A DNA stretch of 64,000 bases. Source: an uncultured Candidatus Saccharibacteria bacterium (lineage in GTDB: Bacteria > Patescibacteriota > Minisyncoccia > Phycocordibacterales > XYD1-FULL-46-19). Below, in pieces: positions 6,612 through 17,010 of the stretch (the first letter of the stretch is position 1; each line of letters opens with the position of its first letter). The notes under the pieces are model-generated. The model was not told the DNA's origin and did not search any database. It saw only the letters and a program-made list of their open reading frames with translations. Both the position numbers and the translations under genes were made by a program. The stretch spans positions 2,869 through 66,868 of the forward strand of contig CAZIIR010000001.1 in the NCBI GenBank assembly GCA_964539475.1, given 5' to 3'.

Positions 6612-6814
6612 AAGAATACACAATCATTAGGACAACAACCATTCAAGATCAAATTGATGAGGTTAATGATCACATGAAAAGAAACTGGACTCCTGTTGGT
6701 GGTATTTGTTATGTTCAACACGAACGAGGAGAAGAGTTTCATCAGGCTATGACTAGGCCACTAGGAGGATCGGATACGAATCAATCAATCTATGGATTCA
6801 CAGAAGAGTTATAA
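6608..6814 (+). CDS. Small DUF1737-like protein
   Basis: YTII...VN..M..NWTPVGGI...F.QAM pattern. Confidence 0.5.
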   Translation: MKEYTIIRTTTIQDQIDEVNDHMKRNWTPVGGICYVQHERGEEFHQAMTRPLGGSDTNQSIYGFTEEL

Positions 6815-7239
6815 TGAAATTCTACAACATTAAACAAGAAGATTGGGACAAAGTTATTGACATCGCTCGCCATCTTGGTCGTGAGAATGAGTTAAGACCT
6901 TGTATATACGACGGATATGATGCTGCTGTATGTGAGCGTAAAAAACCAACTGATAGACAGTTCCATATTCTAAATAGCGATCAAAAAGATTTGATTGTTG
7001 TAATGGACATGGAGGATATTAATTACGAGGAACCAATGTTAGTTGGAAGAACATACCTATGTATGTTACATGATAACAAATCATACTACAGAGTGTATGT
7101 TAAGTCTATTTGTGATAATATTATTACGGCTGACTACCAACCATTTGAAGATAAAGAACTAACAAAACCGTTGCATTCTGTTATTAAATCAACAGAATGG
7201 CAGGTCGAATGGATTACAGAGTATAGGGAAATTACTTAA
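6814..7239 (+). CDS. Hypothetical protein
   Basis: TAATG-coupled ORF. Confidence 0.5.
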   Translation: MKFYNIKQEDWDKVIDIARHLGRENELRPCIYDGYDAAVCERKKPTDRQFHILNSDQKDLIVVMDMEDINYEEPMLVGRTYLCMLHDNKSYYRVYVKSICDNIITADYQPFEDKELTKPLHSVIKSTEWQVEWITEYREIT

Positions 7240-7422
7240 TAAGATTCCCAATGGCACCTAATTTTCGAGCGCCTTGGTTTCCGTCCATCAAACATAGGCT
7301 ACCGTAAACCCTACTGAGTGCCATCTGCTTTCGATTCTTTCGGGTGCTGGTGACGCCTTCTCAGACTAACGCTATACCGGCACCGTCTAACCTTAAAGCC
7401 CTACCTCAGAAGCGATCTGATT
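7238..7422 (+). ncRNA. Putative structured intergenic RNA
   Basis: GC-enriched ORF-free gap; stems ATGGCAC/GTGCCAT and GGTGCTGGT/ACCGGCACC (G-U pairs favour the + strand). Confidence 0.45.
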
Positions 7423-7445
7423 AAGTTACAGTAAATATAAATATT

Positions 7446-7913
7446 ATGGAAAATCTAACACTAGAACAAAACAAAGAATGGCTTAAAAGATACCTATATG
7501 GATACTCAGAAGGAGTATTTAAAGATAGGTTTCCTGCAATGATTTTGACTGACCAAGCAAAGATGAAGATGGGACAAGTTCTAATGTATCTATGCTTAAG
7601 GGAGGATTTGATCCAAGGTTTCTTTGAGCGTCTTGATCGTTTACATAGCCGTGATACGACAATGTATCAATCAGCACATGGAACGAGGCATCCTGCTTTT
7701 AATAAAATTACTAAACTTGGAGACGATGGGACGTTGCTTGGATTTAGTTTTATGTGGATGAATCTTGTTCCAAATGAGGTCGATCTAACTGGACTTCGAT
7801 TTGAGAGGTTGGATATTTGGCAAGACCCATACACATACAGTATGAATGGTGGTCTTATCTTTAATGGTGAGATCGGTAAACATGCCACAAATTCTTGGGG
7901 AATACATACATGA
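7446..7913 (+). CDS. Hypothetical protein (DUF4120-like C-terminus)
   Basis: SF.W...MNGGLIF.G...WGIHT ending. Confidence 0.55.
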   Translation: MENLTLEQNKEWLKRYLYGYSEGVFKDRFPAMILTDQAKMKMGQVLMYLCLREDLIQGFFERLDRLHSRDTTMYQSAHGTRHPAFNKITKLGDDGTLLGFSFMWMNLVPNEVDLTGLRFERLDIWQDPYTYSMNGGLIFNGEIGKHATNSWGIHT

Positions 7914-8431
7914 AAAAGACACCATTACTTATTGAGTTTCCTCTTCCGTTGTTCGATGGGTTTTATCATTCTGTTTCTCAGGAAATGGCTGATACTTATG
8001 AGGAAAATTATCCCGACGAAGACCATTCGCAATATCATGAAAAAATAGCAAAAGGATTTCTTTCTTCCTTTAATAAATTAACTAAACAAGAATTTCAGTT
8101 TGTTAGAATTGATTCTCCAAAAGAATATAATTTTAATACTGATAAAATTATTGTAACCGGACGAAAGGAGAGACTAAGAACAATATGGAAAAATGTAAGA
8201 AAACTTCACAAAGATTTTAGTTGTTTTGAAGATGTTCTTCGTGAACAACTAACTCCTTGTGATGGTTTTATTCCATTTTATTCTAACGATCCATTAGACT
8301 GGCTTGCTAAAGATTTTGAAGAGTTTGATCAGAATGAGTTAGGTATTATTGTTGAAGCTTACTGTATGTTTAATGATGTTTACTTTGATGCAATTACCGA
8401 ACAACCAGAATACTACGAATCACTATCATGA
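7910..8431 (+). CDS. Hypothetical phage protein
   Basis: F.GFY.S...SPKEYNFNTDKI...DGFIPFYSND motif; probable start 7910. Confidence 0.6.
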   Translation: MKKTPLLIEFPLPLFDGFYHSVSQEMADTYEENYPDEDHSQYHEKIAKGFLSSFNKLTKQEFQFVRIDSPKEYNFNTDKIIVTGRKERLRTIWKNVRKLHKDFSCFEDVLREQLTPCDGFIPFYSNDPLDWLAKDFEEFDQNELGIIVEAYCMFNDVYFDAITEQPEYYESLS

Positions 8432-8470
8432 CTCCAGAAGCTAAAAAACTATGCAAAGACTTAGATCCAG

Positions 8471-8653
8471 ATGAATAAATATATTGGATATTTTAATGGC
8501 AAGCAGACTACTGTTGAAGCAGAGACTTCTTACGAGGCTCTACAAAAAGCTGTAGCTATTTTTAAGCCAGCTAAAAGTAAACAACACATGGTTCATGTTC
8601 ACTTGCATGAAAAGGATGGAAAGGCTATATATCACTCAACCGCTTCTTTATGA
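8471..8653 (+). CDS. Small hypothetical phage protein
   Basis: ORF in early array. Confidence 0.5.
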   Translation: MNKYIGYFNGKQTTVEAETSYEALQKAVAIFKPAKSKQHMVHVHLHEKDGKAIYHSTASL

Positions 8654-8845
8654 CATTTAAATATTTAAAAGATGCCATAGCTGAACTTTCTGATGAACAG
8701 CTTATGATGAATGCTTATATTCTAAGAGATAGGGAAATATATGTTCCTGATTCTTGTTTTCTTGTTAGTGAGATTAGAGAGCCATCTCTTGTTGAAAAGC
8801 TTGAAAATGAATATGCTTAAGCGAAACTCAACCATTAATCATTAT

Positions 8846-9037
8846 ATGAAATCAGCAGATGATTCTTCGATAATGCCTTACGGCAAATACAATGGACAAC
8901 CGTTGGGAGATATTCCTGATAATTATATTAGATGGATGTGGGAAAATACTGACATCAAACATGAGATTAAAGAAGATACAGAGCGTGGTGCTATTGCTCG
9001 ATACTTTAAACTTGCATACGACAGCTTAACGAAATGA
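8846..9037 (+). CDS. DUF3820 / exonuclease X C-terminal-like small protein
   Basis: MPYGKYNGQPLGDIPDNYIRW matches the MPFGKyKG..l.diP..Yl.W pattern. Confidence 0.75.
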   Translation: MKSADDSSIMPYGKYNGQPLGDIPDNYIRWMWENTDIKHEIKEDTERGAIARYFKLAYDSLTK

Positions 9038-9073
9038 CGCTTTTTATAAAATAATCTTTTTTCAAAAAAGTCC

Positions 9074-9104
9074 TTGCATATTGTTTTTAGTGTGGTAGTA
9101 TAGT
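9074..9104 (+). promoter_or_regulatory. Putative promoter (GTAGTATAGT class)
   Basis: TTGCAT (9074-9079) then GTAGTATAGT (9095-9104), with an AT-rich upstream region. Confidence 0.6.
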
Positions 9105-9177
9105 GCATAATAAACTTGTAGCCATCACCTACTGAGTTATTCGATCAATTTTGTTAGCTTTTTCGGCTGACGCAATT

Positions 9178-9220
9178 AGACCGAGCTTGAGTGTGTGATG
9201 GCCTCAAGCTCGGTCTTTTT
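9178..9220 (+). terminator. Intrinsic terminator
   Basis: GACCGAGCTTGAG/CTCAAGCTCGGTC stem followed by TTTTT. Confidence 0.85.
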
Positions 9221-9480
9221 GTTTACTTATCCAACTTCAATAAAAAAGGATAGCGGCCACCCGAAAGGATCGCAATGTGCCCAGAGAAAGTTACAGAGTT
9301 GAGAGGCTGTAAGTAAGGCGCAATATAAATATTATCACTGGTGAAAGGGGTTGTGTATTGTCGGCCAGTATAAAAGTAATGACTTTCGGTTCTCTCTTGC
9401 TCGCGGTTCAAAAGGACCGAGGGGTAAGGGGGTTTTGGATTGAGAGAGAAGAACAGAGTAAGACAGACCAAGGAAGCACC

Positions 9481-10194
9481 ATGAAGGAAGAATTAAACAC
9501 AGTAAGATACGGTAGAAAACTGTATCGCAATGAGTATTTAAAATCACCTGAATGGAGGCGATTACGCCTAAGAATACTTAGGTATGATAAACACAAGTGC
9601 TTCAAATGTAATTGTAAGGCAAGAGATGTTCATCACATGGATTACTCTATACTTGGAGCGCATCCTGTTAATGTGATTCGTTACCTTGTATCTCTTTGCA
9701 GGAAATGCCATGACAAAGTGGAGCTTGCCAAGAAATTAAACCTACTTCCTAAAGTTCATACAAGAGATCATATACGACTACTTGATTTCAACATCATTGA
9801 TCGCAACTACTCTAAGCGATTCAGGAAGACAATTATAGACACTGCTCTGTATAATAAAATTGTTAAGATTCCTCCTAATAGACATGCTCTAATAATGGGA
9901 ATACTTAAAGTTTCTTACTCAAAACCAATTGAGATTTGGGCTAAGGAAATAACAATGTCTCAGTATGATAAAATACTACAAGTAATAAACCATAAACAAA
10001 AGAGTGAGCAATATAAATATCAACTTCATCTATACAAAGAAATAAAGAAAGAAAAGAAAGAACTAAGCAAGGCTAAAAAGATAAAACGTGATGAAAAGAA
10101 ACTCAGAAGAAAAAGAAGAAAAGCAGAAGCGGCTCTCACTCAGGAGAGCCAACCGAGTAACAAGATCACCAAAAAGATTATTAAAACAATTTAA
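9481..10194 (+). CDS. HNH endonuclease
   Basis: YLKSPEW..LR....RD...CFKC...VHH..Y...LVSLCRKCH; probable start 9481. Confidence 0.85.
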   Translation: MKEELNTVRYGRKLYRNEYLKSPEWRRLRLRILRYDKHKCFKCNCKARDVHHMDYSILGAHPVNVIRYLVSLCRKCHDKVELAKKLNLLPKVHTRDHIRLLDFNIIDRNYSKRFRKTIIDTALYNKIVKIPPNRHALIMGILKVSYSKPIEIWAKEITMSQYDKILQVINHKQKSEQYKYQLHLYKEIKKEKKELSKAKKIKRDEKKLRRKRRKAEAALTQESQPSNKITKKIIKTI

Positions 10195-10610
10195 AGAAAA
10201 ATATGGAAAAACTAATAAAAACATTCCTTGATGGAAATATCGCAGAGGCAAAAGAAAGAGCAAAGGATTACACTAGAGTTCAAATTCAAGACTGTTTAAA
10301 TCGTAACTACGATTACTCTAAATATAAGTCTTTATTGATTGCTCTTTTTTTGAAAGACTTGGCTGTAATGTCAGAAGTATTAGATGCGGAATAATATGAC
10401 TATCACGACTAAATTTAATGTAGGAGATAAAGTTTGGCTTATTGAAAATAATTCAGCAATCCAAAAAACAATCAATAAGGTATTTACAGAAAGCGGATTA
10501 AAATACACAAGCAAAGGATATAAGTTAAATTTTACACTTAAAGAACAAGGTGAAAATGTTTATCCTGAGGAAGAATTATTCTCAACCAAAGAAGAACTAC
10601 TGGCATCACT

Positions 10611-11147
10611 ATGAAACTAATTGAACTACCAAACGGATCATGGATTGATCCACTTACTATTACGGCTATTAATGTAAGACGTTATAAGGATAATGTTACT
10701 CAAAAACCATGCGTTAACATTATCGGTCCTGGAGATATTAATAGTGTAATTTACTGTAAGGACGAAGAGTGTGTTGATATTGCAAGACTAATTGCTAAAC
10801 AAGTTAATGATGCGTGTAATAAAAGTATTACAGAGCAAAATAAAGAGTATATAGAAAAAACAAAAGAAGTTAAAAATAAAAAACTTTACCTTGCGTTACT
10901 TCCGCCTCAGGACGCATTTCTTTATGCTATAAAAGAATATGCAGATTTAGATGATGCATTTTTACTTAAGTCATTAAATGAAATAGATGAACTTGAGGAC
11001 AAATATGAAGGGGTGTATATTCACAGTATTAAAAATGAACAAATTGTAATCTGTGTTAATGACAAATATCTAACAACAATCTACTCAGCAGGACCAAAAT
11101 ACGCAACAGCAATCTACGAAACAGCAAAAAAACTAGCTAATAAATAA
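10611..11147 (+). CDS. Hypothetical protein
   Basis: ATGA-coupled ORF. Confidence 0.5.
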   Translation: MKLIELPNGSWIDPLTITAINVRRYKDNVTQKPCVNIIGPGDINSVIYCKDEECVDIARLIAKQVNDACNKSITEQNKEYIEKTKEVKNKKLYLALLPPQDAFLYAIKEYADLDDAFLLKSLNEIDELEDKYEGVYIHSIKNEQIVICVNDKYLTTIYSAGPKYATAIYETAKKLANK

Positions 11148-11401
11148 ATTATGAACAACAAAAACAGAACAACAGAACAACGCAATCGTGACAAAATCCG
11201 CTACCTATTCCTTCAACAAATGAAGTTGTGTGGTAAGTCTTATAGCCTAAAAAGTCCATTCAGCGGAAAGAATAAAGCACAGCGAGCAAGGCTTGCTGGA
11301 TCATTTGCTTGTTTAAAAAACGGAATGCCAAGAATTGGTAATAATTTCAAATGGTAAAAAAGCATTAGTAGATCACATTAACAAATTTATTAAATAACAA
11401 T

Positions 11402-11689
11402 ATGGCTGATACAACACAACTCAAAGCATCGCTTGAAAAAGCATTCGGAAAAGAACTTACTGGTGAACAATTGTGGGCACTGGTTAAACTCTCTAAGTGG
11501 GTTCGCCTTAGGGCAAAGAATAACAATGCATTCAACAATTTGTTCAACAACTTGTTTCCTAACGCTCAGTTTAGGACTGTAACCAAAGAACGGAAAAACT
11601 ACAGGACAGGACAAATGGAATCATATCCTGGTCTTAGTATTATTATTAAAGGACAAGCGGTAACACAGGAGGAGGAGGAGGAGGAATAA
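11402..11689 (+). CDS. Hypothetical protein with acidic tail
   Basis: ORF ending QEEEEEE. Confidence 0.55.
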   Translation: MADTTQLKASLEKAFGKELTGEQLWALVKLSKWVRLRAKNNNAFNNLFNNLFPNAQFRTVTKERKNYRTGQMESYPGLSIIIKGQAVTQEEEEEE

Positions 11690-11817
11690 GTATGCAAGAT
11701 ATATGCTCAACAATAATTATCATCGCAATGTTTGTTTTTATTTATAAAATGTCAAGATAATATCATCCCTATTTTTGCTATAATGTTCAACAAAACAGAT
11801 AAAGAAATTGTTATCCA

Positions 11818-12282
11818 ATGAAATACTACCTTACGTTCGTAAAGTTACCATTTGTTTATTGTGTTGTGTCTGCTGGTAATGCAGCGCAGGCAATCAAGCC
11901 ATTCCAAAAGTATCGTAATGATATTGTTGCTAACGGAAATGAGTTACGCTTCACTTTCGGTGAAGCTGTTGACTTTAAAGAAAAATGGGAGGAGGTTAGT
12001 CTTATTCATATCATGAATAATTCTAACACTAAAAAGAAGTTCAAGATTACTTGCGCTTCTACTGGAGTTATACGTTATGTTGAAGGCATTAAGGAAGATG
12101 TAGATGATGAATTAATTAAAGAAAACCCAGGAAGTTCATTCCTTACAATTCAGAACGAAAGATTCCTGACAAGAAAGGTAAAGAAAGAGGCTGTTCCTCT
12201 TTATAATATCAGAGAAGTTAGTAAATTCCCTAAAGAAATTCCATTACTTAGAGAAAATAATGATAAGACACTGGACACATGA
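11818..12282 (+). CDS. Hypothetical protein
   Basis: ORF in operon array. Confidence 0.5.
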   Translation: MKYYLTFVKLPFVYCVVSAGNAAQAIKPFQKYRNDIVANGNELRFTFGEAVDFKEKWEEVSLIHIMNNSNTKKKFKITCASTGVIRYVEGIKEDVDDELIKENPGSSFLTIQNERFLTRKVKKEAVPLYNIREVSKFPKEIPLLRENNDKTLDT

Positions 12283-12504
12283 AAGAGTCTATAAAAGACA
12301 CGGGCAAACCACAATCGTAAGAAGAGTTAAGATGTATAATATTTTTCTTGTAGATTGTGGAGCAGTGGTTTATAGGAGAATTAAAGATGTATTTGAATGT
12401 GTTACCTATGACTCAATGGGCTATGGTATTACACACAGATACCTAACAAGAGATAATTTTATTAAAGAAATTAAAAGAATACTAAAAAGACTAACAAGAA
12501 TAAA

Positions 12505-13962
12505 ATGAAACATCCTCCAACTAAAGAGCAGCAAGCTATTCTTGATGCTAAAAAAGATACTGAAGTATTAATGATCGGAGCCAGAGCGGGCTGCGCGAAG
12601 ACAGATACAGGTGTTCGTATCACTGAGGCTTATCCTGATCGTAGCTTTAGATTTATTGTATTCGGAGCAAAGAACGCTCAAGAGTTTGCGTCTAAGCTTC
12701 CTAAGAATGCTATTGGAACAACCAAACATTCGTTCTGTAATAGTTTTATTAAGAAGCGTTACAACTTAGATAAGACTGGATTTAAGATGTTTAAGATCAT
12801 CGTAAAAGATGAAGACTACAACTTCAAGAATCCAAACTTGTCCAAAGAAGAAGTTTTTGCTACCCGTGAAAATCTTAATGCAATGAAAGATTTGGTCGGT
12901 CTTCTTAAGAACTCATATATCTCACCAACACCAGAAGATGTTGCGTATATTATGAGTCATTTCGGGATCACTCTTTCACTTGATTTTGAACAGGTTTGTA
13001 ATGATGCTGTTAGATTCCTTGGTGAGTCTGATAATCTTGTTACTGAGCTTGATTACAATGACATGGTTCGTTTGCCTATTATTTCTGGATCAATTAGATT
13101 TAACTTTGATGAGTTATTTCTTGATGAGGCTCAGGATAATAATCCTATCTCGAACGAGTTGCTTAGGCAGGCTAAAAAAGCAGGCTGTGGAGTAACGGTT
13201 GTTGGTGATGAGTTCCAAGCGATTATGGGATTCACTGGTGCTGATTGTGATTCAATGAATAAGATTATTGGAATCCTTGAACCAACAGTTCTTCCTCTTA
13301 CGGTTAATTTCCGTTGTGGTAAGAATATTATTAGAGAAGCACAGCGTCTTGTTCCTGATATTAATTATTGGGAAAACTCTCCTGATGGAGTGGTAAGTCA
13401 TCGTAACAACGATGAGTTCATGAAGCTGTTTAAAGATGGGGATTGTGCACTATCACGATTCAACAGGGTAATCATTCCAATGTGCTTTAAGCTTATTAAG
13501 GACGGTCGCAAGGCTACCGTTCAAGGTAGGGATTTTGGCACAATGCTTAAGACGATGGTTACAGGATTTAAGGCTACATCTATCGAAGAGTTTTACGACT
13601 CAATCGACAGATGGAAAGAGCGTCAACTTGAGAAGACTAAATCAGATTCACAAGCTGATGCAGTTGAGGATAAGTTTGAGTGCCTTAAATACTTTGCTGA
13701 TAACTCTGATACTGTTGAGCAAATTGCTGACACTATTGACAAAATCTTTTCTGACAAAGAAACAGAAGGTCTTAAGTTATCAACAGCGCACCGCTCAAAG
13801 GGACTGGAATGGGACAGAGTGTTTATTCTCGACTCTAATAATTTTATGCAAACTCATCCTAATGACAAAGAGTGGAATAAGCAACAGCTTAAAAACCTAA
13901 TGTATGTGGCACAAACGAGAGGTAAGCAAAGTTTAACATACGTTTCAAGTCAAAAAGTATGA
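12505..13962 (+). CDS. UvrD/Rep-like SF1 helicase
   Basis: Q motif (TKEQ), ARAGCAKT, LDEAQD, VGDEFQAI, NFRC, STAHRSKGLEW, YVAQTRGK. Confidence 0.9.
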   Translation: MKHPPTKEQQAILDAKKDTEVLMIGARAGCAKTDTGVRITEAYPDRSFRFIVFGAKNAQEFASKLPKNAIGTTKHSFCNSFIKKRYNLDKTGFKMFKIIVKDEDYNFKNPNLSKEEVFATRENLNAMKDLVGLLKNSYISPTPEDVAYIMSHFGITLSLDFEQVCNDAVRFLGESDNLVTELDYNDMVRLPIISGSIRFNFDELFLDEAQDNNPISNELLRQAKKAGCGVTVVGDEFQAIMGFTGADCDSMNKIIGILEPTVLPLTVNFRCGKNIIREAQRLVPDINYWENSPDGVVSHRNNDEFMKLFKDGDCALSRFNRVIIPMCFKLIKDGRKATVQGRDFGTMLKTMVTGFKATSIEEFYDSIDRWKERQLEKTKSDSQADAVEDKFECLKYFADNSDTVEQIADTIDKIFSDKETEGLKLSTAHRSKGLEWDRVFILDSNNFMQTHPNDKEWNKQQLKNLMYVAQTRGKQSLTYVSSQKV

Positions 13963-14337
13963 ACATAAATGACTTACATGGAAAAACATTTAAACACAAG
14001 ACAATAAGAAAAACATTTACAGTTCAAACTGTATATACAAGTCCAGAAGGAAAAGTTGTATTAGAAGGAAAATGCAGTAGATCAATTCCTTCAATTGTTT
14101 TAATAAGGCTTGAAGAACTTAGTTCAAAATATTTTTAAATATGGAAGCGTTCGTATTTCTTGATAATAATATTAACATGAGAGGTATCTTAACTAGCTTT
14201 AAGGTAAAACAGCTTAACGACATTTGTAGAGCACACAAAATCAAAATCGGAAAAAACAAAGAAGAAACAGTTAGTAATTTAATCAATGACCAAAGATGGA
14301 ATGACGGAGCAAGTGTAACATTATTTATTAAAATACC

Positions 14338-14910
14338 ATGATCACAGACGAAGAATACGAAGAATTTGTTAAAACATTAATTAAACCAAGCGCACAGCTT
14401 GATGCAGAAGTAACAGAAGATGAAAAAATGCTTCTTCTTGTAGCTACGGCATTAATTGGTAATTCAATTAAATCATGTAAAGACCCAACGTGCGATAGGC
14501 CAGGTTATCTTAACTTGCTTCACATGATGTCTGGATTAGGATCAGAGTCCGGAGAACTTGTTGATGCAATCAAAAAGATTGTTATCTATCGTAAGTATCC
14601 TGGAAGCATTAATGAGCCTAATAGCATTGCGTGGAATGTAAGAGAAGAAATTGGTGATCTTTGCTGGTTTCAAACTGGTAATAAAATTATTAGGCAAGAA
14701 GAAAATCAAGAAATTTTTCATGATGATTTTTGGGGAAATCTTAAATACTTTCTCGATCTATGGAACAAGATGTATCCAAATAACGAAATTACAATCGACT
14801 CAGCTAAACGGTTCAATATGGAAAAGCTAGGAGAGAGGTATAAAGGTTTGAAATACACAAACGAAGCAGCACAAAACAGAGCAGATAAGGGAAAAGCAAC
14901 AGGAGAATAA
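14338..14910 (+). CDS. MazG-like nucleotide pyrophosphohydrolase
   Basis: GLGSESGELVDAIKK...EEIGDLCW...NMEKL.RY. Confidence 0.8.
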   Translation: MITDEEYEEFVKTLIKPSAQLDAEVTEDEKMLLLVATALIGNSIKSCKDPTCDRPGYLNLLHMMSGLGSESGELVDAIKKIVIYRKYPGSINEPNSIAWNVREEIGDLCWFQTGNKIIRQEENQEIFHDDFWGNLKYFLDLWNKMYPNNEITIDSAKRFNMEKLGERYKGLKYTNEAAQNRADKGKATGE

Positions 14911-14911
14911 T

Positions 14912-15277
14912 ATGGCATACATTAGCAATATAAAAAATAAAAAGAAAAAACCACAATCAAAACAACTATTTACCAAAAAGAAAGACTTTTTCGCATCAAT
15001 TGGAGACGGTGATTCAACACTTCCTGCATCTGGTCCAATAACATCAATTCCATATGATGAAGTTGTTCATCCATCACACTACAATCAACTTCCAAATGGC
15101 ATTGAGTGTTGGGACGTTAATGAGCACTTCCCAACAAACATTGGTAGCGCAATTAAATATTTGTGGCGCGCAGGTCTAAAACCTGGACAAGAAACTGTTA
15201 AGGATTTAAATAAAGCAATCCAATATACTCAACGTCAAATTAATTTGTTAGAAGGCAGGAATCCTAAAATGAGTTAA
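14912..15277 (+). CDS. DUF3310 (SaV-like / T7 gp1.7-like) protein
   Basis: VVHPSHY...IECWD...GSAIKYLWRAGLK...DLNKA. Confidence 0.85.
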   Translation: MAYISNIKNKKKKPQSKQLFTKKKDFFASIGDGDSTLPASGPITSIPYDEVVHPSHYNQLPNGIECWDVNEHFPTNIGSAIKYLWRAGLKPGQETVKDLNKAIQYTQRQINLLEGRNPKMS

Positions 15278-15289
15278 TATTTTAACTAG

Positions 15290-15326
15290 GCGACAATAAA
15301 GTTCAATCCTTTGTTGTCGCACTTTT
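15290..15326 (+). terminator. Putative intrinsic terminator
   Basis: GCGACAATAAAG/CTTTGTTGTCGC followed by ACTTTT. Confidence 0.6.
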
Positions 15327-15639
15327 ATTATGCATTACGAAGTCCAAATAAGACTAAGTTGGGTTCTTCCACCTAAGTCTAAAATTATAAATGGCATAGA
15401 GATTTATGCTGATTGGTTTGATTGTAGGTTTATCACTCCTACCTTTCCATCTAAGTCTTTAGTTTTAGAAAAGGTAAAAGAAGGAAGCGAAGAAGCTTAT
15501 GAAAAACTTAATTCCGTAATGTATTTATTAAACATAAATGAAAGCAAGATGAAACCTATTTATTCTGGCTCTGATTTTATATCATTAAAGCCTCAGTTTG
15601 AGGACTCTCATATATCATACATTTGGATAACAAAAGTAA

Positions 15640-17010
15640 ATGAAGCTTAGAGATTATCAATCATCATTATCACTTGAAGCAAGGAAGTGTTTGGCTAATA
15701 ATAATTCTATTATTCTCCAGCTTACAACTGGTGGTGGTAAAACAAGAATTGCAACAGATATTGTAGATCGAGCAGTAGTTAAGGATATAACCACAGTATT
15801 TCTTGCTGACAGAAAAGAAATTCTTAGTCAAACTGTAAAACATTTTAACAAGCTTGATATTTCATGTCAAATGATTACAGCTGACACCAAGACTATTTAT
15901 AAGTCTAAAGTGTATGTTGGAATGGTTGAATCTTTTTACAGAAGATACTGCAAGGGAATGTTTAATGGAATTGATATTGGTCTTTTCATATTTGATGAGG
16001 CTCACATCAGTTCTTACTACAAGCTAATAAAAAGATTAGAAGAAGAAAAGAAAAACCCATACATCATAGGATTGACAGCAACTCCAGTTGCATCATCTAA
16101 AAATTACCAACTAAAGAAATACTACAAAGATATTGTATGCGGACCATCAACTAGGTGGTTAATTGAGAGCGGTTATCTATTGCCATCAGTTGATATTGGT
16201 AATAGTAATGTTCTTGATCTTGATGTGATGGCTGGTGAGTTCTCAACTGAATCACAAGCAAGACAGTTCAAAAACAACGACATCGACAAAAAGATGTTTG
16301 CCCTTTGGAAGCAACACGCACAATCAAGACAAACATTATGTTATAATATTAACATTGAGCACAATGAATCTGTTCGTGAAATGTTTGATTTTTACGGATA
16401 TGATGTTGCCGCTGTATCATCTGAGACACCAAAAGATGAAAGGGAAGAAATTCTTAACAGATACGAAAAAGGAAACATTCAAATATTATGTAATGTAGGA
16501 ATCCTAACGAAAGGATACGACTCTCCTGGAACTGGTTGTATTATAGCCAACTTCTCAACAGCATCTACATCTAAATGGTATCAAGTTGTTGGTCGAGGAG
16601 GAAGACCATACGATGGTCTTAATGATTTTATTACCATTGACATGGGTAATAATATTCTTAGACATGGTTCATATAATGACGAAGTTGACTGGAAACAAAT
16701 ATTCTTAGATGACAAAAGAGATCGTAACTTTAAAGTAAAACAAAATGTAAAACTATGTCCAGTTTGTTACGCTTATCTATTCAATATACATGTTCCACAG
16801 TGTCATGTATGTGGTAATAAAATTGTTTTAAAAGAATTAATTGTTCTTGAGAAACTAATACCGGAAGAACTCAAAGACAAAGACCCAAAGAATATGACAT
16901 TATCCGAACTGCAACAGTATGCTAAATTTAAAGGATACAAAGCAGGATGGGCTTGGAATATGAACATCGCAAACACAGCAAGGAGACAACATGCAAGACA
17001 ACAACAGTGA
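15640..17010 (+). CDS. DEAH-box SF2 helicase with C-terminal zinc finger
   Basis: LRDYQ, TGGGKT, DEAH, GLTATP, KGYD, QVVGRGGR, CPVC/CHVC. Confidence 0.92.
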   Translation: MKLRDYQSSLSLEARKCLANNNSIILQLTTGGGKTRIATDIVDRAVVKDITTVFLADRKEILSQTVKHFNKLDISCQMITADTKTIYKSKVYVGMVESFYRRYCKGMFNGIDIGLFIFDEAHISSYYKLIKRLEEEKKNPYIIGLTATPVASSKNYQLKKYYKDIVCGPSTRWLIESGYLLPSVDIGNSNVLDLDVMAGEFSTESQARQFKNNDIDKKMFALWKQHAQSRQTLCYNINIEHNESVREMFDFYGYDVAAVSSETPKDEREEILNRYEKGNIQILCNVGILTKGYDSPGTGCIIANFSTASTSKWYQVVGRGGRPYDGLNDFITIDMGNNILRHGSYNDEVDWKQIFLDDKRDRNFKVKQNVKLCPVCYAYLFNIHVPQCHVCGNKIVLKELIVLEKLIPEELKDKDPKNMTLSELQQYAKFKGYKAGWAWNMNIANTARRQHARQQQ

